Both the position numbers and the translations under genes were made by a program. A stretch of DNA of 63,902 bases, filler included, from Bradymonadales bacterium (GTDB lineage Bacteria > Bdellovibrionota > UBA2394), in assembly GCA_007693605.1 (NCBI GenBank). It is 4 parts of 4 records of this genome, joined end to end, with 100 filler letters (N's around TTAATTAATTAA, not from the genome) between each part and the next. Parts side by side here need not be neighbours in the genome. Positions count along the whole stretch, not along the records: positions 33,492 to 58,572 come from REDG01000069.1; positions 58,673 to 63,902 come from REDG01000072.1; 2 more parts are not named here. The stretch is one strand, 5' to 3'. Under the pieces are notes generated by a model. It worked only from the letters and a program-made list of their open reading frames with translations, had not been told where the DNA came from and did no database searches. Position 1 is the first letter of the stretch, and each line of letters begins with the position of its first letter. Positions 58,310-63,902 of this stretch are shown piece by piece.

Positions 58310-58572
58310 ACTTGGCCTAAGAACTGACAGTAGGCCTCGCCGACTACCTTCGCTCTTGTGGTAGCTCCGGCGTCACCGACCTACCCCCAATAGATCCCCA
58401 ATAGATCTAGCGAGGTAATCAAAGAGCTGAATCGCAGGTGATGTCCCAGAATCCGTTAGGATTCGGAGCGGGCGCCCAGTTGATTTAAGCTTCTTTTCTT
58501 AGGTTTTCAATTAAAATTTGGTCCTTTGTTTTCTCTCCATTGAGAGCAGCAATCAAGAGGTGGATCTCTTTG

Positions 58573-58672
58573 NNNNNNNNNNNNNNNNNNNNNNNNNNNN
58601 NNNNNNNNNNNNNNNNTTAATTAATTAANNNNNNNNNNNNNNNNNNNNNNNNNNNNNNNNNNNNNNNNNNNN
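58573..58672. other. assembly gap with artificial linker
   Basis: N-run + TTAATTAATTAA + N-run. Confidence 0.99.
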
Positions 58673-58757
58673 TCAAATCCGTCGACAAAACCAACTGCCC
58701 TGAGCTCCCCATGACATCCACCAACTCCAAAAAATAGCGTTTGAAACTACTATCCGT
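58673..58757 (+). mobile_element. oriIS end of a second IS91/ISCR copy
   Basis: matches 61994-62089 except for a short indel; ends GCGTTTGAAACTACTATCC. Confidence 0.85.
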
Positions 58758-58795
58758 CTAGCCGTCAAAAATACGTCTAAAACTCGATATTCTGA

Positions 58796-58869
58796 GGTTC
58801 GGTAGCTCAGTTGGTTAGAGCGATGGATTCATAACCCATAGGTCGGTGGTTCAAATCCACCCCGAACCA
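58796..58869 (+). tRNA. tRNA with CAT anticodon (elongator Met or Ile2)
   Basis: GGTTCGG/CCGAACC acceptor, TT-CAT-AA loop, GTTCAAATC; paired 1:72, so not initiator. Confidence 0.9.
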
Positions 58870-58957
58870 CTACCTATGTCCCAGGTAGTTCACCGGGACG
58901 GGCAGCCGGTAGCTTTTTCACTGCCGATACGGAAGTAACTTGATCAAAGTATTGAAA

Positions 58958-58994
58958 GAGAGGAAAAGACCCCTTCATCAGGTCTTTTTCTCTC
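58958..58994. terminator. hairpin terminator
   Basis: GAGAGGAAAAGACC...GGTCTTTTTCTCTC. Confidence 0.6.
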
Positions 58995-59027
58995 TCCCTC
59001 AAAACACCTCTAACGCATCGTCACCAA

Positions 59028-59489
59028 TCACAGGGGAGGCTCGGGCGAAGGCTGGGGTGGCTGATACCGTGCTTCGCACCGGTTCTGGATGCAGACCGCG
59101 GTATAGAATTTGGCTTGCTCCTCTGGAAACAAAGCCTTGTGACAGTCAATCTTTACCCCAGGACCTGAATTGTATTCCGTAATTGCCTCTTGATACAACT
59201 GAAAGGCCTGTCTGTAATCACTTTCAAAGTCTAAGAGTATGGCGTCAAAAGACCGCCCACAAATGACATCATTGGTTACAATCTGACAGTCAGCAGCAAC
59301 AGAACAGCCAGTCTGCCAGCCCCTCACTTTTTCCTTAAATTCATCGTCGATCTCGATCGGATCGAGGCTCGTCACGTTAAACTCGTCGGCTGGGAGCTCA
59401 TTGTTTTCTGACTGTTGACTTCCGCAGCCCGTCCACAGCAAGGCGGTTGTTAACAGAGTTAGCACTTTAAGGGAGTTCGTTTTGTACAT
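59028..59489 (-). CDS. Cys-rich lipoprotein
   Basis: LWTG-C lipobox; sigma54 site CGGCACTAATTTTGC at 59504-59518. Confidence 0.75.
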   Translation of the reverse strand: MYKTNSLKVLTLLTTALLWTGCGSQQSENNELPADEFNVTSLDPIEIDDEFKEKVRGWQTGCSVAADCQIVTNDVICGRSFDAILLDFESDYRQAFQLYQEAITEYNSGPGVKIDCHKALFPEEQAKFYTAVCIQNRCEARYQPPQPSPEPPL

Positions 59490-59677
59490 CGCCTTCTGAG
59501 GATGCAAAATTAGTGCCGCTCTTAGGTGGCTTCCAAGGCCGTAAGGGAAGCCTCATTAGAATCTTCTGCGCCTAACGCCAGAGATAGATATGAATCAATT
59601 TTCATAGCGATGATGCAAGGTGCTTTTGTTTTGAGTGGTGAATGATAAGCACTAGGGTAGTCGATGCCGAACAGACG

Positions 59678-60319
59678 CTATCCGCTTACCCGAAAGGCCA
59701 TCCATAAAGGCTCCGTGAGTACACTACCCGAGTCCGACTCGAGGCCTCCAGAAATGTAGAGAACATACCAACCCGAAAAAAATCTCCCGAAAGAAGACCC
59801 GCCAAGTACTGAAACATAATGGCTTCGGCTGCCCTTACCGCGGTGAATTCTGTAAAGCTGCCAATTTTCAAGCTCCCATCCCAGGGAGGATCCTTTTAAA
59901 AACATGCGCTTCAATTGCCAACGGTCCATGCCGAGACTCGTGTCGACTCGATAGACTTTGATCGCATTCTGCAAGCGACCAATCTCTATACTGTCACTGA
60001 ACTCCAGGCTAATGCTGTTCGGCGCCTCGCCCCTCAGCTGAAGGGCTTCTTGAAAGACATTTGTCATTTCCAGGGCCTCTTCGGGATCTAAGTCCCCCGC
60101 TCTTAAGGGGACACGCTCATCCAGACCATGCAATCGTCTTGCTCGAGGACTCGGTTCCTCCGCAGGCCAGTAAATGATTCGACTGGCGATCGAGGAGTGC
60201 TGCGCCTTCAGTTTGAGCTTGTCTAAGTAGCTAGAATTAAAACCACCAATTTGACGGTCGAGCGTGTGATTTTCGGCTCTTTCGGCAGATCTTCCGGAAA
60301 TCACTCGTAGGTGGCTCAA
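59678..60319 (-). CDS. hypothetical protein
   Basis: 213-aa ORF divergent from the transposase. Confidence 0.55.
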   Translation of the reverse strand: MSHLRVISGRSAERAENHTLDRQIGGFNSSYLDKLKLKAQHSSIASRIIYWPAEEPSPRARRLHGLDERVPLRAGDLDPEEALEMTNVFQEALQLRGEAPNSISLEFSDSIEIGRLQNAIKVYRVDTSLGMDRWQLKRMFLKGSSLGWELENWQLYRIHRGKGSRSHYVSVLGGSSFGRFFSGWYVLYISGGLESDSGSVLTEPLWMAFRVSG

Positions 60320-60358
60320 AGTCCGCCTTCATCTCAGAACACCCAGTCGGCCTGAGAA

Positions 60359-61861
60359 TTGCCATGGGCTGTGCAGTCTATGGGGCTGCCTGCTCATGTT
60401 GCAACAAAACTTAGCCCGACTTACGAACGTCGCCGTCCGGAAGAAACACTTTTCTACAAAACCGTGCAAGAAAACTGGAAGACTTTCGAGGCCAACTGGC
60501 AAAGCAATTTCGATCGAGCCGCTTTGCCAAAGTATGTGGTCAAAGAGTTTGAAGAATATCTCAAGTGCGGGATCTTAGCTCACGGCTTTTTGCGAGTGAG
60601 ATGTGAGGGGTGCGAGCATGAAAAACTTGTCGCCTTTTCTTGCAAGCGACGAGGATTTTGCCCCTCTTGTGGTGGAAAGCGCATGGCCGAAACCGCTGCT
60701 CACCTGGTAGATCATGTAATCCCGGAAGTGCCGGTGAGGCAGTGGGTGTTGAGTATGCCGATTCCGATGCGCTACTGGCTGTCTTCCAACCCGAAACTTA
60801 CCACTCAAGTTCTTAAGAGAATCATTCGGGTGATCGATGGCTATTACAAGAATAAAGCGAAAACGATGAGCATCGAAAAACCAAAAACAGGAGCCATTAC
60901 CTTCTTGCAGCGATTTGGCTCGGCACTAAATCTCAATCTGCACTTCCACATCCTCTATCTCGATGGCGTGTATGAGCAGTGCGAAGATCACATGATCTTC
61001 CATCGAATCTTCCCTCCTCAAAAACACGAGATGGCTGAGCTTGTAAAACTCATCCACAAACGACTGACTGTCTTCTTTATCAAAAAGGGCTATCTTGATG
61101 AGGATCATAGCTTAAGTGATGGCGCATCGGATCCACTCGCCGAGCAAAACCCACTGCTGGCCCAGTGTATTGCGGCTTCAGTGCAAAACCGAATCGCGCT
61201 TGGAGATCGAGCGGGTCAAAAAATCAGAAAGTTTATGATCCACCCGCTGGAAGTTACTCACCCAACATCACAGTGCGCGCAAATGCGCGGCTTCTCTCTG
61301 CATGGGGCGGTCGCCGTACCCGCCAAAAAACGAGATCGATTGGAAAAACTCATCCGATATGTTGCCAGGCCTTCGGTGGCGTTGAGCCGAATGAGTCAAA
61401 CATCTCAAGGTGATATCCAGATCACCTTAAAAAAACCATTCTCTGATGGCACGACTCATATCGTCTTTACTCCTATGGAGTTGATCGAAAAACTTGTGGC
61501 GCTCATCCCGCAGCCTCGTATGCATATGGTGCGTTTCCACGGTTTATTGGCTCCGAACTCAAAGCTCAGAAGTAAAGTGATTCCAAAACCAAAAGAGCAA
61601 AGTGAAACGATTGACGGTGGTGCGATAGATCCCCATCAACGAAAAAGAAAAATGAGCTGGGCCAAACTCTTAAAGCGAACCTTCAACATCGATGTGCTGA
61701 CTTGTTCACTTTGCTCTGGAAGCTGCAAAATCATCTCGGCCATCCAAGATAAAAAAGCCATCACGAAAATCCTAAGCCATCTCGATTTACCACTTGAAGC
61801 TCCGCAACCGCACGAAGCCAGGGCCCCGCCTCAGCAAAGCTTCAACTTCGAATATTTATAA
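60359..61861 (+). CDS. IS91/ISCR family rolling-circle transposase
   Basis: Zn region C..C...SCKRRGFCPSCG, RQWVLS, NLHFH (HUH), RYVARP, RFHG, EARAPP. Confidence 0.95.
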   Translation: MPWAVQSMGLPAHVATKLSPTYERRRPEETLFYKTVQENWKTFEANWQSNFDRAALPKYVVKEFEEYLKCGILAHGFLRVRCEGCEHEKLVAFSCKRRGFCPSCGGKRMAETAAHLVDHVIPEVPVRQWVLSMPIPMRYWLSSNPKLTTQVLKRIIRVIDGYYKNKAKTMSIEKPKTGAITFLQRFGSALNLNLHFHILYLDGVYEQCEDHMIFHRIFPPQKHEMAELVKLIHKRLTVFFIKKGYLDEDHSLSDGASDPLAEQNPLLAQCIAASVQNRIALGDRAGQKIRKFMIHPLEVTHPTSQCAQMRGFSLHGAVAVPAKKRDRLEKLIRYVARPSVALSRMSQTSQGDIQITLKKPFSDGTTHIVFTPMELIEKLVALIPQPRMHMVRFHGLLAPNSKLRSKVIPKPKEQSETIDGGAIDPHQRKRKMSWAKLLKRTFNIDVLTCSLCSGSCKIISAIQDKKAITKILSHLDLPLEAPQPHEARAPPQQSFNFEYL

Positions 61862-62089
61862 AAAATCAGCTCTTCAGAAATCGGCCTCCCAACCGAAACA
61901 ATCCTGCTCGCCCTGAGCACCCAAGATAGCGCCCAAAACCGAGAACTCGGCTGCGCTAATCGACAAAAACCAACCTCTAGAAACGCATAAATATCAAATC
62001 CGTCGACAAAACCAACTGCCCTGAGCTCCCCATGACATCCACCAACTCTCCACCAACTCCAAAAAATAGCGTTTGAAACTACTATCCGT
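60359..62089 (+). mobile_element. ISCR-like element (left end not defined)
   Basis: transposase followed about 210 bp later by an oriIS-like GCGTTTGAAACTACTATCC. Confidence 0.8.
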
Positions 62090-62414
62090 TAAGGTTTCCT
62101 GCCTCAATCAACCTCTTTGGAGCTGAGCTGTCTTCTTGCATTGCAAGATTCAGTAGATGGCGGACCATCGAGTCTTTTCCGCTCTCGATCGCTCGGTGAA
62201 GGGGGCTTTTATTGTTGGTAAATTGTTCGAGCGAGGGGTGGGGCACTGTTGTAGCATATATTGCGTCAATCATGTCGGTGCGGTTTCGGTGAATGGCATC
62301 GATCAATTCCTGATTTGATTTTGCGATCGGGCAGTCAAAGGCGCAAACGGAGTTGACCGACAGAAGGGCAAGAAAGATTTGAGCGATCGGAGCTTTCATA
62401 TAAGTTTGATTCAT
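62082..62414 (-). pseudogene. secreted ankyrin-repeat protein truncated by the ISCR end
   Basis: SPLHRAIESGKDSMVRHLL; stop codon lies inside oriIS; sigma54 site TGGCACAAGACTTGC at 62458-62472. Confidence 0.7.
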
Positions 62415-62684
62415 TATGGGCAGTTCTCTTTCATCAGCGCGGCACAGCCATTGAAGAGCAAGTCTTGTGCCAGCGGAACTGGCCTTCGTCTAACACAAGA
62501 TGATGAAATGGCTAGCCTGTTTGGCCCCCAGATTTTGGGCTTCTGAGGCCCTTGGGACATGGACTCCAGGATTAGGGACTGAGCAGAGGGAGAGGAGAGA
62601 GCAGCCTCCCTCAATTGGGGAGGCTGCTGGACTCACAAAGAGTGAGATGATTTTCTCCTCGATCCAGTCACAGGCCTACGAGTC

Positions 62685-63647
62685 TCAAAGGGGAATCGTA
62701 TTTGTATCTAGCTTTTTTTTGTATCTCAGGATGTACCTGGGGCCTAACACTTTCAGGAATCTTCCATCTGCCGATAATGTGGCCTTAGGAATCGAGCCGA
62801 ATGTCTCAAGCACAATCTGATCGACAAAGAGTGCGATCTCATCGGCCCAGGCGAGGCATTCCCTTTCGGAAGCTAAGTGTACAGACTCGTTACGGAGCTG
62901 GAAGTATTCTCGGGGAGCTGGATCGTACGGGCTTCCACCACCACCTGTCCTTTCAAAAGTCCAAGAGCCAGTGATTTGATTGCAACTTGCTAAGCTAATA
63001 AATGTGTTCTCAAAAAAGATGAGGTGGTATTCATCTGCGGGCAGTTGGACCGGTTCATCGAACCTGTTGCGAGCTTCGTCTAAGACCCAACTGGTGTGAG
63101 CCAAGGGAGTTATTGGGGAAGGTTCGTCTTTGTCGAGCTTCTCGTAAACGAAAATACTTTTGGTGCCAAAGAGAATGAGCTTGTTGCCGTTGACCAGGTA
63201 CGACTGGGCAGCACCGATTTCCGATACGAAGGCATAGTCATCAAAATAGGCTCCTTCTTCGGTCGGATTGTATCCGCAAGTTCTCCTCGTGGAGGAGTGG
63301 AGTCCGAGTGGGTACAATTGCTGCATTTCGCTAGCACGGCCGGCCGCGAACTCAAACTCGTTACAGCGGCTGTTTCCAACCCAAACCGATCCCTCAACAT
63401 AAAGATTAAACTCTAGAGTCCCCGCGAGGGTGATGTAGTCTAGGTGGGAGCTGGGTGCATAACTCGCATAACTCAACGCATAGAAGCCATCGAGGTTCAG
63501 ACCGAGAACTTGCGAACTCGTCTCATCAAGAGCCCCAGTGATATTGTCCTTCAGGGTGTCGATGTCATTTGTTTCCATGCAGGCCGAGAGGATCAGTCCC
63601 ATTCCAATCAGGCTTACCCCAAGGTTCGAGCGTGAGTATGTGTTCAT
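62685..63647 (-). CDS. lipoprotein with two META/HslJ-like domains
   Basis: LSAC lipobox; SRCN...STRRTC and ASCN...SEREC; sigma54 site TGGCACCAGTATTGC at 63736-63750. Confidence 0.75.
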   Translation of the reverse strand: MNTYSRSNLGVSLIGMGLILSACMETNDIDTLKDNITGALDETSSQVLGLNLDGFYALSYASYAPSSHLDYITLAGTLEFNLYVEGSVWVGNSRCNEFEFAAGRASEMQQLYPLGLHSSTRRTCGYNPTEEGAYFDDYAFVSEIGAAQSYLVNGNKLILFGTKSIFVYEKLDKDEPSPITPLAHTSWVLDEARNRFDEPVQLPADEYHLIFFENTFISLASCNQITGSWTFERTGGGGSPYDPAPREYFQLRNESVHLASERECLAWADEIALFVDQIVLETFGSIPKATLSADGRFLKVLGPRYILRYKKKLDTNTIPL

Positions 63648-63847
63648 AAAGGCTCCTTAAACTTCTGACTTTAATGTTTTTAAAGAGATGTCGGGGCCCG
63701 AGGGGCGCCGATCAATTCTATATGAGCTGAAGAAAGCAATACTGGTGCCAGGCTAGATTCGCTGAACTCCCCTTGAATCTCCTTAGGTTTTTCCCTGATC
63801 GAGAGTGTCACCCACCGTCCAAGTCATAGAGGATCTGCAAAGAGTAT

Positions 63848-63902
63848 TGACCCTAAACCAAAAAACTGGGGAGAAGAAAACTTTAGATGCGGAGCGGCGT
63901 TT
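63848..63902. repeat. 55-bp contig-end repeat
   Basis: identical to 33337-33391. Confidence 0.95.

Noticed and set aside
59678..59684. CTATCCG matching the oriIS tip, possible ISCR boundary
   Set aside because: A 7-bp match is too short to distinguish from chance.

Overview
The window is four contigs joined by N-gaps that carry an artificial TTAATTAATTAA linker: 1-27189, 27290-33391, 33492-58572 and 58673-63902. Gene content (many orphan secreted proteins, many sigma54-type promoters, class III cyclases) suggests a Bdellovibrionota/deltaproteobacterium-like draft genome; this is inference. Contig 1 has a BrnT/BrnA-type toxin-antitoxin pair, a DUF1302-DUF1329-YCF48-RND uptake operon, an AsnB-like cluster, a large ATPase/HTH regulator, an orphan phage-tail-tube + LysM/pore-forming effector + immunity module, BCP, YgfZ, FadL and four tRNAs. 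Each of those tRNAs is followed by structured repeats, and three of the loci reiterate the tRNA 3' end. Contig 2 has a metal-uptake trio, an FGE-family protein and an adenylate cyclase. Contig 3 looks like part of a conjugative element: virB2/B3/B4 behind a sigma54 promoter, RES-Xre TA, CBASS (patatin + CD-NTase-AGS-C), a HEPN gene and secreted SLOG/PNP proteins. It also holds the best candidate for a new system, a coupled operon encoding a sigma54 activator, a stand-alone DHp protein, a SAM methyltransferase, a LuxP/RbsB-like binding protein and a hybrid kinase. That operon's promoter region shares an ATTAGA-NA-TCTAATC palindrome with the enhancer position of the conjugation promoter, suggesting signal-controlled (quorum-sensing-like) transfer. 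Contig 4 has a CAT-anticodon tRNA, an IS91/ISCR element that truncates an ankyrin gene, and lipoproteins. All family calls come from reading motifs by eye; no searches were run.
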